64,000 bases of DNA, from the NCBI GenBank assembly GCA_973895155.1, contig OZ316898.1, positions 13,484,330-13,548,329 on the forward strand, read 5' to 3'. The position numbers were made by a program, and so were the translations under genes. Under the pieces are notes generated by a model, which saw only the letters and a program-made list of their open reading frames with translations, did no database searches and was not told where the DNA came from. Positions within the stretch are counted from its first letter, which is position 1, and every line of letters starts with the position of its first letter. This DNA comes from Marsupella aquatica (taxonomy: Eukaryota; Plantae; Marchantiophyta). Below, piece after piece: positions 43,958 through 57,463 of this stretch.

Positions 43958-46900
43958 GGGCAGATCAGAAGTAGATCAATTGAGTTGTCTTGCTTTGTAA
44001 TCAATAGCTTCATGGTGCGCCCTACTCACAGTGTGCTGTACTAGACGTGAAATTTAGAAGAGGCGCTGTCAGGGGCAAATTCAAGTTCTCGGAAAACTGA
44101 AGTTTTACTATTGACAGCTCAAGTTTGTCATACTCGCTGGCTTGTCTCGTGGTAAATTGAGGTTTTAGCTCCTGATGTAGGATGAGCATAGACAGATTTC
44201 CTAGGTTGAGGTAGCAGTTGTACAGCGAAAGAACTAATACAGGGGGGCCTTTTCAAGATGCTGGTGTAAAATGGGGCCCAAAAAATTGCACAATGTGTTT
44301 CCCTCTATTCAGAGGGTTGATAATTCATTCATTGAGTCCGGTTCGTCTGGAGAAGCCTACCCTGTCTCTGCAGTGAAATCATGGACTATTGTCTTCATAG
44401 AAGTACAAAATGTGCGAGGGTTTGCGTGAGAAATGGATTCTTCCCCATATCAGTTTTGAAAGTCAGAAAGATCTCCAGCTGACTTGAAGCTCTTTCTACT
44501 TCTCTCCATTCAGTGATGTAATGAGAAACCTCTATTGGACCTTAGGTACCTATCTGGAATTTGCAAAATCTCAATGAATTTCTTGTCGTAAAGGTTGGCT
44601 TTCGCCGACAAGAAAACAGGGTATTGATGAAGGTAAACTACTGTCTTTAGGGTCCTGCCCGCTGGTGCTTCGATGTGGATGAGGACCAGCCCAAACGACA
44701 ACAGTGCCACGAGCAGCCATTACCTTGCAAAATGCCCACTGGGCTTCATTGATACTTGCTCTTTGTTGATGATGCTATGCGAAATAGCGAGGACAGCCCT
44801 TCTGCTTGGATTCGGTCAGTGAGGCTGTCTGCAGAGGAGGGAAACTGGTTTTAGCTCGCAAGCAGTGGGTACACCAACCCTCATTAGGGCTCTTTCTGTT
44901 GGCAGCATCCACAAGGTAGTGCGGGCTCCTGTTGTGAACAGATGCCGGACTTGTCTCAACTGTTCAACTTCCGGCATCACTCAGTTCGTTTCCATGATCT
45001 CAATCTGCGAACTTTGCATCGGTTTCAGGATTCCGTTGAAGACCAGTCCGGGATGATTGACAGAACAGTGGTGCTAAATATGTTGGATTGGATACCCAGT
45101 TCTTCTGCTAGTTTCTACTGTTGTTCCCTTTACCTTTCCAGTGGTCCATTCTCTTGCTTTTGGAGGTCGTTTGATGATCCTGGTTCACTGGTTCCTGGTT
45201 CTAGACCTACTGTCTCTACTCTAAATGATGTACTGCCCTGAAGCCCACATAGCTAAAGAAGTTCTGTTTATTTGGAGTACCGACTCCCAAGGGAAAGGTG
45301 TATCTCATAAACGGCTGTCATTTTCGTTTGAAGGATTTGCCAGCCAGAATTGACTACAATTACTTTTCGACAGTAGGTTCTAAAGAGAAAAAAGGACGAA
45401 CTTCTCGTGAAACCTTGGGAGCAATCACAAGCTATGGCCAGCTGGAATAGGGGAAGCGTTTGCACACGACTAGCTGGACTTTGACAAGCATGAGCGTTTC
45501 ATACTACGAGTCTAAACGTCAATGTAAATAGAAACCATGACAAAATAAATGCACGATGATCATTTGAAGATCATACCCATGAGTTTTTACATCCACATCT
45601 GGAAACATCCACCCTTTAGAAGTAAGATTCGCTTTGCCCAGTTAACTAACTCATGAGGGCACCTTGCAGAGTCTGTGTCCTGCCCAGAATCCTATTTTAA
45701 AGCTCCCCATTTGGTTTAAGAACAGTCTGTATCAACTTTGAAAAAAGGAAATCGCATATCATTTACGTCTAAAACCATAAAGTAGTGGCACCCTTAATCA
45801 ACCCTTGCCTATTTTCGTTCAGATAAACTATTAAGAATACCAAATCTGCCGCAGACTGGAGATGCACTCTCAATGTCAGAGTACTCACTCGAAGGCAGGA
45901 GGACAATTTTAACTTCACCTAGAACACCTTAGATGTTAAGACTTCCCAGAGAACTCGGATCGACGATTCCAGTCCGGCACAAATGACCACAGGGCTCTTT
46001 GCTAGTGATAAAAACGCTGGTCGATTGATTTGAAATGTTCTCTTGCACTGTGAAATTCAGGCTCATTTGCTGCCACTGAGATCTCCGATTCCCTTCCTCA
46101 GCTTCCGGAGTGGAGGGTTTTTCTGAAATGGCAAATTATGATCAGATCCCTTCTGTCACCTGCCATCGAACATTACAGTTCCTTCACTTTCCTAACTCAC
46201 CTACAGGACAATTCTCCGTTTTTCTTTGATGTTTTTGGCCAACTTTATTGACAAGTAGAATATAATAAATTAGACTGGAACTTTTTGCTTGTCTTGGATC
46301 TACGCTGCTACTGTCAGTCGAGCCTGATCTCCGGATCTTACAGTGCGAGATAATTTGCTGGTGTCACAAGGATCTACAGTAGCGGTTCTATTCTCTATTC
46401 CCTAAACACTACTCCGTCGTCCTCCCGTGTGGGGGGTGTGGCCGTGTATGTGAAGATCTTCGTTCTCTACACCGCGCAGCACCTGATCTATCTTGATGTG
46501 CTCGGCACGGGAGGTCTAAAAGTTAGAGCATTTTGCCAGGACGGCGTTGACTATTGCTTTCTCGCGATGGGTGCAAGATGGGTCATCTCAGGTTTGAGCT
46601 GATGTGCAATTCATGGATTTCAGAAATGGCCGGGGCCTTCTCGATTGATGGGCGCGTGAGAAAGGTATTATCCATGCCTCAATAACCTATACATCTCCTT
46701 GAAGTTTTTCCTTCTCGAACGCTTCCACTATCGCTGCGGTAGAGTTTCAGACATGTTGTCCTAGTGTCTCCTTTCCTGGCTCTACGCCTTCTTGAGTGGG
46801 TCGCTGAAAATCGGAGCTACGAGGACCCAAAAAGCGCTTTTCTGGCGGTTCACAACAAGATTTCCTATGTTGAATAAAATTACTCCAGAGTTCGCGAAAA

Positions 46901-47612
46901 TTTTAGCAATGGTATGAGGGCCAATCGGTTTCTCACTTCTAGCCCGTCGAAGTCAGGAATCTGTCCTTGAACAGATCTCGAGAACGAAGGGGCCGGTCGA
47001 GAGTGTTAAATGAGATTGTTCAATATGCGATTAGGTACCTGTGGTAGGCTCACTTACTTGTGTTGCTCTTGTCAATCATATTGTATTGTCTTTCAACCGC
47101 CAGGATTTCTGGGATTCCGTTTCTGCTACGGAGTCACTGGTTTTACAGAACACTACTGAACTTGCTACTCGGAATCATTGCAGGAGCAGACCTGGAGGAA
47201 AGTCCGTTCCGAGACGTTTTAGAGGTGAAAATTGAGGATACGGTGAGAGAAGAGTTCAGAAGACACTGGTGGGGTAATGGGCTGCCTATCGGATCTAGCT
47301 TGTCTCTGTAAGGCTAACAAATTTCCAAATTTCCAAGGTAGTGTTATGGGTGCTTTACTGGGAGTCAAAGTCACCTCCGGCTCCATGAACTGACATTGAT
47401 TTCTCTTGCATTCCTGTGCAATGTGAAAGCCTTTGGCTCAATTGGTCATTTGTTATGGTACTATCTTGTTTGTATAATTACTTTGTTGGACTAGACGAAG
47501 TTCATGTTCCGTGTATGTGTAAAAATTCAAAGTCTTACTGGCATAGTACCGTCAATTCTCTAAAGAAAGTATGATGAATTTTATGTTCTTTGCTTAACAG
47601 CACGAGACTGTC

Positions 47613-49028
47613 ATGGAGACGGCTCCGAGTTCTACATCTAGACCGTTCGATGATGTAGAAAATTCACTTCGTAGGCCCCTTTTAGGGGAGTCGAAGTCAG
47701 GACGACAGCGAGACCCCGGTTTACTTGCCAAGGAGAGTGCACCCGACATAGATAAGCGAATTTTAGACCATTGCAAACCTCAGTACCAGTCTGAGAATGA
47801 CTATTCTATTCTCTACAGAGCCATTGTGGCAGTCACCATCTACTTCGCCGTTGGAATCCTCTGCTTCTATTCTAATAATGACCTTTTCGGAGTCAAGACA
47901 AAGAACTTTGTCGATTCGCTCTACTTCTGTGTTGTTACTTTGACAACCGTTGGATATGGAGATCTTGTCCCGGAGACCACAACAGGAAAACTTTTCACCA
48001 GCTTGTATGTGTTTGTGGGCTTTGGGTTGGTTGGTGCCCTCGTCAGCGGTGCTGCCAATTACATTGTGGAGGCGCAAGAAAAGATTTTAATCCATGCCAT
48101 CAAGCGGAATGAACATGATAACTACGAGCTATCGGAGGAGATAGATGCTCAGAATGCTACCTGGAAGGTGTTGGTCTCGGGAATTCTGGTGCTGTCCTTA
48201 ATTACTGGAGGCATAATATTCAACGTACTAATTGAAGGGATGACTTGGGTGGATTCCATCTATTGTGTTTGTGCGACAGTCACTACACTTGGGTATGGTG
48301 ATCACAGCTTCACAACGTCTACTGGCCGCCTCTTTGCAGCGATCTGGATTCTAACCAGCACCGTATGCGTTGCCCAGTTCTTTCTCTATGTAGCAGAGAT
48401 GAGGACTGAGAGTCGGCAGTTGAAGCTGGCAAATTGGGTGCTGCATCGTAAAACAACACCGACTGATCTGCAAGCAGCTGATGTTTCTGGCGATGGCATT
48501 GTCAGGTAATGACTTGTTCAAACTTTGCGGTTGGGAATTTGTGCACGATCCTTGTTTTTGATAGCGCTTTGCCAAATGTTTCACCTCATAAAATAAAGCC
48601 TTTGAGTGAGTCAAGTTCTCTGGGGACTCGAATCAGATTCAAATGGCCTTAATCTTGTTAGAGGGTGTGCGAATAACTTGGAAGTTGTCTGTCATGAACA
48701 ATTTCATTAGCCGGCCTGGATGAGACTGGTGTCCCCTTTTCCTTCCTGATCCTTCTATTCTATGGAATGTCTGGATAGGTGCCTGTTCTTGTTTCTGGCA
48801 TCTGCTCTGCTGGAACTGTTTTAAAGCTCTGGGTTAATCCGTTCTTACTATTCTAATTGTTCATCCTGTTGTGCTTGTAGTGCTCCAGAGTTTGTGATCT
48901 TTAAACTGAAGGAGATGGGGAAGGTTGACGAGGAGGATGTCAGTGAAATATTGAGAGAGTTTCATCAGCTTGATTGTGATAGATCAGGAGGCATTAACCT
49001 GCAAGATCTGGATGATGCAAATCACTAG
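47613..49028 (+). CDS. TPK: Two-pore (TPK/KCO-type) potassium channel with C-terminal EF-hands, ~346 aa
   Basis: Two pore loops (TTVGYGD and TTLGYGD), four TM segments, and EF-hand-like DVSGDGIVSAPEF and DCDRSGGINLQDL. Exons 47613-48505 and 48881-49028. Confidence 0.95.
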
Positions 49029-50019
49029 GGTCGGAGTAGTTGAGTCACCTTTAGGTGGTAAAGCATCGAATTGGCAATGGTGCCAGGACACAATTAGTCT
49101 GTCCCCAGCAGCATGTATGGGATTATTACCCACTGATGTACAATCCATAGGCCTTTGGAGATCTCGAACAGCTCTGAGCTTTGAGTTCAATCAGTTTCAC
49201 AATCGATTTAGATGCTTCAATCGGTAGAGATCATATACGAGATAGCAGGCTGAGTGCTCAGTCTTAAACCCCGGGGAAAGGCATTTACACACCAGGAGGT
49301 CTTAATTGAATGATGAATATCATTTCTCTAAATATTGTTTAAGGTACGTAAAGAACTCACTGACGAAATGACGTGGACAAAACAGAGTGCAATGTCACAA
49401 CCATGATGACAGATTTTAAACCACAAATAATACAAGAGACTGAGAGACATCCAAATTAGAATTCACTCAGGGCACTGACAGCAGTTATTAGCATTGATGT
49501 TGATTTTGATGTGAGAAAAGGAAGTTTGCTGCTGCCCATCTTGACACAGTACAGCACGACTTGATTGTCAATATATGATGACAAAAGAATTTGGGAAAAC
49601 TTGGATATGTGTAGATCCACATTTGATGGAGAACTTGTAATACATCACGCATTGCAAATGTTTTGTATGCTGGTGTACAGTCCTTTGCAATGATTATTAT
49701 GATGCATATACGATCAAATATTAAGCGTAAATTTGGGGTGTTTTTAAAAGTTTTGAAGTAAACTTTCTGTGTCAGATTGAGGACTGGGGTCCACTGTCCC
49801 TAGCACCTGAGAAAGTAGTGGTAGACTGTGTATAGAACCACTATTTTATGAGTTTGCTACCCTCCAAGATTTCAATGGATCAGGAGTGAGGCATGGCACT
49901 TTATGGATACAGAACATTTATCCACTTTTTCAATATCCCTGAAAAGCTCCAAAAAAATTCTGATGGAACTAACTACAATTGTTAACTTTTGGGGTATCCA
50001 GTCTTCCACCCTACCAAAG

Positions 50020-50750
50020 AACAGAAAAAATCAAACTGTTCAGTCCCCAAAGACAGGAAACCCCAGGAAAATGTAAGAGCCAAAAAGCCCTGGTGAGCAA
50101 CAAACTGAATAGCCTCAAACCAGCCCAAAGGTAGTAAGCCAAATAAAGCAAAGAAAGCAAGGGAAAAATCTAGGAAGACTAAATCTCTAACAGCTACACA
50201 AGAACAAACTCAACAGCCTCAAACTGGTTCTAGACGCAAAGGCATGAAACCCAATAAACTTGCGAAAACAAGGGAGAAAATTAAGGAAGACCAATCTTAA
50301 ACTGTGATAAAATAACTGAATCCCTACTGAGCAGCAAAAGGAAAAGCCTCAGATCTACTCTGGTACCAAAGAGAGGAAACTCAAAAAATCTGAGAAAACA
50401 AGGGAAAACCCTAGAATACCACAAAGCCAGAAAAGCACGAGAGTAGACAAACACTTGCAAAAGACCTAACCAGTGGTAGAAGAATTAAAGCCCTACTAAG
50501 CAACAACCTGAAAAGCCTGAAATCTACCCTGGTACCCAAGGGACAAACCCCAATAAATCTGAGAAAACAAGGGAAAAACCAGGGAAGACCCTATACCCAA
50601 AATGCCCCCAAGCGTCCTCAACAGCTGCAAGAGAACTCAAGCCCAACAGTTCCGCAAAAGAACTACAGTAAAGCCCAGTCCAGGAGTGCTCACCAGGGGC
50701 AAAATAACTAAAGCCGTACCCAACAACAATGAATAGAAAAAGTCTGGTAA
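50020..50750. repeat. A-rich degenerate repeat array (~110-170-bp period)
   Basis: aaa.caaggg.aaaa..aggaagac near 50155, 50266, 50395 and 50564. It shares the words aaagcctc and aagccctact with 39240-40280. Confidence 0.7.
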
Positions 50751-51609
50751 AGACTAAGTGACTTGTCGCAATTCAATGCTCAACTCAAATTGTAGGTGCC
50801 CTACACGGTAATTCTCTGCCTCTCCACATAAGCTGATCCTGTGCCTCTGCACATAAGCTGACTCAACAGAAGGGTCATTGGCTCGTATGTGGGATTCTCT
50901 TGAGCAGTAGTGTGATCGGGCTCAATTGGAATTGTAAACGGTAAAGGAATCTCCAGGTCAAAAGAAAAGTTGAGGTGTCAGTCTGGCATGAGCTGCCACA
51001 TGTCCAAATCTCTCATGCAATTCGCCCAACTCGTGAAACGATGACCGAAGGTGCACGACCAAATTCAATTTTTTTTAATGGACGGACAGTCGAATTTGTG
51101 CGCCTGACGAGTAGTGTTCTGTATAATTACACCACACTCCCAATAAAGTGGAGAGAAAAAGGAAGAGACCCGATAAAGGGGAGGAAACAAGGAAAAACCC
51201 AGCACACCGACGAGCCAAAAAGCTCGAGTGTCTCTCAAATGAATGAAAGCCTGAGCTGAGAAATCGTGGTCGGTGGTCACAGTTGGACTGAAGAAAAGGA
51301 GAACCGTTGGAGCTAGTGGGGCAGTGGGGGACGTAAAGCTCAACAGGGTATCTACAGTAAGTTGTCGCACTTCACTGGCTGAGCAATTTTCGTAGTGGTC
51401 TTATCACGCTGCTTCGCGATAGAGAGATTGGAGAAGTGAAACGAGATGGTGCTGTGGGCTATTAGGGCAGTGAGGACTTTACTCATGGATTGCTGAAGAT
51501 GGCCGCGTTGGACATCCTGTGGTAAGGTCCTAGTGAGTGAGGGCCAGCCCAGTCCAGGCGAGGTGAGGCAGCTCATTATTATTGAACGAGAGGAGAGAAG
51601 GTTCCGACA

Positions 51610-54600
51610 ATGGCGTCATCTTCTTCTCGTGCTGTTCTTGTGCTCAACACGGGGAGCTCCTCGATCAAGTAAGAAGACACCATCCCTCTCTCCGTCCCTC
51701 TGCAAATCGCCGTCACAGTGTGCATGTGGACTACCTGTCCGAAACCCAAGAGAGGAACCCTGTGCCTGCTGAGTCTTCAAAAGATCAGCTTTATTAAATG
51801 TAGCAAATTTATTTAGATTCTATCACTTCTCTAGAGCTCTGAATGCTTTTTTGAGTGTGGACTTTTGAAGAGGAGGACCCATTCCCCACCTACAAATACA
51901 CCTGGAAGAACAGCACTTCCATCCACCAAAATTCAAACCTGCAATTACTGACAAATGTCGATAATTCAAAGACAATTCCTCAAAGTTCTGTCTACTAGGA
52001 CACTCAGCGGGCGTCCCTACTTAACGAATTAAGAGTCATTGGCCTGCGTTGAGTTCCTTCCGGGCCGACCTGCCTGCCCACTTCATATGATGTATCTCTG
52101 CTGCTGCTCCTCCTGCTAGGAAATTACGAGGGCAGCAGGTTGCCCCAACCGGCTGAAGCATTGAGACTCGCACTCTCGGGGGTTATACGTCTTATAGCAA
52201 CGGGGACTGATAATACCCCCGTACAGAAACTCTAACAGAAAATGAAAATGTTGTTACTAGAGGATTTGCTTGTATCGAATTAAGAGTGATCGTGAGAAAC
52301 AGAACACGTTGTGATAGGAGGCGCTCCTATGTAGGAATTTCTTTGCCGAGCGGAAGAGCACGAGGTCAGCACTTCTGTTCGGTGGGACTTCCAGAGATAA
52401 CTTCACATGGCTTCGACCACTTTTGGACATAGTAACGCCCTGTTTCCAGGGCGTTGTGAGCTGGAATGTTTCCTCGTAACAGAGGGTTAAGACACTGAAA
52501 ACCATGAAAAACTTTTATATTCTTTTTCTCCGTTCTTTACACTTGACGACAATTGCAAAATCATGGAAATTGAAATTCTACACCTTTAGTTGAGAGACAA
52601 GTAGAGGTCGAATCTTAGAGTGCCCCAACATAGCCTGTACTGGGTATTCACAACATATACCAGAAAACTACAAAGACCAGGAGCATCCTTCCACGCAGCC
52701 TCTCATGCTCGACACAGAACGGAGTCGACATGGTTTACTTCTTTTGAAAGTAATTGCTTCGTTAGAATGTTAATTTCTCTTCAAAATCGTCTGCAGTCTT
52801 GCTCCTCAATTCCTACTAAGATGTTTTTTCAACCCTTGCTTTAAAAAACTCGAGGTTATCAAGAACCCTGTAGCGTAAAGTTCGATACGGAACAGTTTGT
52901 CGATTGGTGCAATTGCACTACGTTTCGTGCAGTCCCAGTAATGGGACGCGTAAGTCACCTGAGTTACAGCACACTGGCCCCCATGGCAGCTCATCCATTA
53001 GATTCTTACTGGTACCGTGTTTCCACGTTTGCTCAGAAACTGACAAGGACAATCACTCTAGATTGCACCAGTCTGAAGAGGTATCTTATGAAATTGTTAC
53101 AAGGTGGGCATTTACAGCATACTTAGAACCAATTCACGGTATTCAGAATTCTTATTTCAATGCTCCGATCCCAACCCGTAGTACCAATCTACGTTCAATG
53201 AGATGAAAAAGAGTGATGAGTCAGGGGTTGGAGTAATGAACCTTAAACGTCATGCATTTAAGAACACTTTTCGATCTCCCGTAGACATAGTTGTGAAGCT
53301 TCACACTTCTTTCAGAGTCAAGCACTATAGCTGAGAACTCAATCATCTTCTGTTGTTGCAGGTACGCTCTGTATAGGCTTGGAATGAGTGCGTCCTGTTT
53401 GTTTCAAGGCAAGGTGGAGGGTATTGGCACTCACAAGAGTAGTGTCAGCCATAAGAACATTGAAACTGAGGAACGTCAAGACCTCCAGGTGGACAATTGA
53501 CCATCTTGTCTTTGATGCATTCAATCTTCTATGAGCGCTTTTGGTGTCTTTGGGCATTGCGTATTTTTATGAACTTATCGTGCTATTTGATATATTGGCA
53601 GGATATGCAATTGGCTGACCACAAAGTGGGCTTGGAGAAAGTTGTGGAATTGCTACATTTAGGGGAGAAAGGTGCTACTAAAATTAGTGCAGTGGGTCAT
53701 CGAGTTGTCCATGGTGGAGAGTCTCTCACTGAACCAGCACTGATTACCAGTGAAGTGAAGAAAGAAATAAAGAAGGCTACCCCACTTGCACCTCTTCATA
53801 ATCCAGCATCCTTACAAGTACTGACGTCTTTGCAAGGATAGTAAATAGATTTCATAAATCATGTTCATACATTTGATTTTCCTTCTTGGATATCTTCAGC
53901 AGGGACTATGAGCATCTCAAAATTTTCATGTGGAGTACGGAGTCTTAAAGCATCTCATAAGATTTTAATGTGTTGTTTCGATATGTTTGCAGGGCATAAA
54001 TGTTTCTGAGGAACTTCTGCGCTGCCCTCAAGTTGCTGTCTTCGACACTGCTTTCCACTCAACAATACCACCACATGCGTACATGTATGCTCTCCCCTAC
54101 TACCTGTATCACCAACTCGGCATTCGTCGTTATGGATTCCATGGAACAAGTTATCGGTATCTTCTAGGCCAGGCTTCTGAGATTCTCAAGAAGCCCAAAG
54201 AAGAGCTAAACATTATCTTCTTCCATCTGGGTGCGGGAGCAAGTGTTGCAGCTGTCAAGCAAGGGATATGCATAGACACATCCATGGGTGTAACACCATT
54301 GGAAGGGCTTGTTATGGCTACGCGCTGTGGTGATATAGACCCTGCTGTGACTGGTATACTAGCGTCACATAAGGGCATGAATGCAGATCAAATCGATACT
54401 TTGATGAACAACGAGAGTGGTCTCTATGGTCTTTGTGGGGACAAAGACATGAAAACTATTACGGAAGCTGCTGAAGCTGGAAGCTTGAAACACAAGCTTG
54501 CTTTGCAGGTCTTCATTCATCGCATACGGAAATACTTGGGGGCATATCTAGTGCAGCTGGAAGGCCACGTGGACGCCATTGTGTTCAGTGCTGGGATCGG

Positions 54601-54823
54601 TGAGAGATCTGCACCTGTCCGGGCACTGGTTTGTGAAGGTCTCGAGCAGTTTGGTTTTGCTGTGGACGGACACAAGAATTATGAACCGGGCTCACATGGA
54701 AGAGAGATCCAGACGAATGGCTCTAAGGCCAAGGTTCTTGTTATCCCCACTGATGAAGAACTGAGCATAGCTCAACAGACTATGGAGGTGGTAGCGGCCC
54801 ATGAAACTGCTCAAGCTGCATAA
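51610..54823 (+). CDS. ACK: Acetate kinase (AckA family), ~410 aa, 4 exons
   Basis: All signature motifs are present: [81 protein letters not shown] and VIPTDEE. Exons 51610-51668, 53362-53488, 53602-53817 and 53993-54823 total 1233 nt in frame. Confidence 0.96.
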
Positions 54824-57463
54824 ATGTTAGTGATTAGACGAGCAAGAGGACCAAAGAAACCCACAATGCAATCAGAACAACATTTCAGGATCAAGTATCT
54901 TCTTGTTCTTTTGGATGTAAATAAAATGTGGTACAGACTCCAAAATCCCGGGGTCTCATTTCGTACAGGGACTGAAAACTAGAAGACTTAGTTTACCGTC
55001 CGGCCTGGTACGAGCAAAACTGAGTGGACCAGTCTGCACCAAACAGTCTTAACAGCCTAACTGAAGAATTCTTTAACCTTACGGACTTAACCCGTTGGTC
55101 TGGATGCTGGAGTAAGTGATGTTATTGTGACAAGTCTTACAAAGTTAACAGAATCGTAGCAGTGAAATAAATGAGTGTATCCACGCACCTGGCACCAAGT
55201 GCAAGCGCATCATTTAAATATCTTGGGCTTCTGGTGCTGAAGGTCGACGCTTCACGATACTAATTGTAAAGTTATTCTCTGTAATTTTTACTAGTATCCC
55301 CGGATTGCGTTATGCGCCTTTGTGTGTACAGTCTGGATTTAATGAAACCAATCCTTGTCAACTGTTATTCCGGGGTAAGAAGGTTGATATTGGCTTCGCC
55401 TTTCATTTCTTTCTGTAGTGACGGCCATCTCTATCTCTCCGGACAACCTGTTCTCCTATCTACCACGTCTCTCTGGTCTTGGTTGATAGTTTATTTCTTG
55501 AATGACTACTTGTTATAGATAAGTGTACTCACATTTTGTGATTGTCTTTCAGTGTTTGCTCATGGCTTGTCCACGATGTGCTGCTCATAGTTCGTTCCTA
55601 CTGTATCTTTCTGCACTGTTCTATATTCTCTTTGCCTACCATGTTCGCCTGCACATGGCTTGAACTGTGTTGCTATCGTGTCCGGAGGTAAGATTGAAAC
55701 CAGACGAGGAATTGGGACAGCTTTCCTAGTGAGATGGTTAGAATGGAAAGCAAAACCTAATCCTTCTGTCTGGTTTTGTTGCCGTGGAGAACTATTTGTA
55801 GGTGTTGAAGCCTACCTTTCTGAGATCTGCTGTAGATCCCTGGCAATCGCACAGACATTGTCAAACTAGTTTTCATTCTTCTAATAACTTTACAATATAA
55901 TGATTTCAATTGAGTTTTGCAATCTGCGTTGCACTGATGAGAAGGCCATGAGAAGCCAAAGTAACAATCCTTTAGCTTCTGCAGTAAGGCTCTACGGCTT
56001 GGTTGCACTTGTAAACGATTGTTTGCTTTGGAGCCCGTCGCCACGATTTCGAACATCGCTTGAGCCTGCAGCTCAATTGGCTAGCTAAACAGCAGCCAAT
56101 TACTCGCTCGCCAGCCAGCCCGTATCGTCGCATTGCATCTGCAACAGCAACTGGTCTGATGTCTGTAATTCCTGTACTCCTGCTGAGAATAATATGCTAT
56201 ACTCCATAAGATTGACGGACCAGAACCCGAGCGTAAACGGGCTATCATATGGACAAGCACGCCGACGACCTGCCATCTGCTCCACCACGCACTTATCTGC
56301 ACGGAAAGAAGGTATACCCAATATCCTGCGCAGGCAAACAGTAAATAGCTGATTGCTTCCTCGTTCCACTAGACCTCACTGGCAAGAAGTGGCAGCATCT
56401 GGATACTCATCATCTCAAAATTGTCGAACACTTCAAGGTCAAGGAAATTCAAGAGCAACAATTTTACCAGTAACCTATGTATCATTCTGTCTTGCACTTT
56501 CCACGAGTCCGACCAAGTTCTGCAAATCAAATCGACCTTGATCTTGGTGTACATATCGGCCTCAATTCTCACAACCGGGCCCATTTTCAAGCTCTCCGAG
56601 ATGTGAACCCAAACAAGTACCCAAATCAATGGCGAATAACCTCACGCATTTAGTGGCTCCGCCTCAACTCCCACACCAAACAGGCGATGCCCGTGTTAAA
56701 ATGCGAACGCTCACTGATTCAGTTTGACATTACGAGATACTAAAAGGAAGGATAAATGCGACCAGTGGCTTAGTACGACTCCTATGTCCCTAGTCCAATT
56801 GTCTTGTCCAAGCCAGGTCCACATCCATTAGAGCGTTGGAAACACAAAATTCTTCAGAAACCCCAAAATTTCGGTTGGTCATTGATATTTCTTTGAGTAT
56901 AGAACGGAAGCCAAATCTTGTTCCGGAAGCCATCATCTTCAGAAAAACGGAGTTCCTAAGATAGGTCCAGATCATGCAGCTGCAGCCGTGAAGCCATCCC
57001 ATCAAGCAAACAGAGTAATGCAAAAAATGGTACGAGTTAAATTGCTTTAATCCGTCTCGATACATCCAGAGGAATGCTTAGCAATCACTCCCGGAGACTC
57101 GAATTTCGTCCAAATTCTACTTCGGCAAATATCTCTTTCAACTGTATCTACAACTGCGTCCGTCCGTCTCTCTTTTCAAAATTCACTATGACATATTCAC
57201 AAACTCCCAATTTGACAGCTGCTACGTACACTACTCTGCTGGGAGAATTCATACTACGACGCGGTAATGCCACAAACTCCATTCTCACTAGAAATGGAAG
57301 TGACAGGCAATCTCACCAAGCCCGGTACAGAAACGCGAGGCCCAGACGATTATGGGATGCCGTTCGGCATATTGAGTTCTGGGTCCCTTTGCACAATCTT
57401 CCCTCAGCTTACACTTCAGTACACTAGACGAAGGCTCTTTACGCAACATTGTCATGAGTCTTG

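Noticed and set aside
44480-45250. Degenerate minus-strand coding or TE fragment downstream of the BTB gene
   Set aside because: Protein-like patches, but many stops and no diagnostic motif
52201-52232. TPP riboswitch or hammerhead ribozyme resemblance (ggggactgataatacccccgtacagaaac)
   Set aside because: Lacks UGAGA and the 3' half of the TPP aptamer, and the hammerhead core CUGANGA...GAAA is not satisfied
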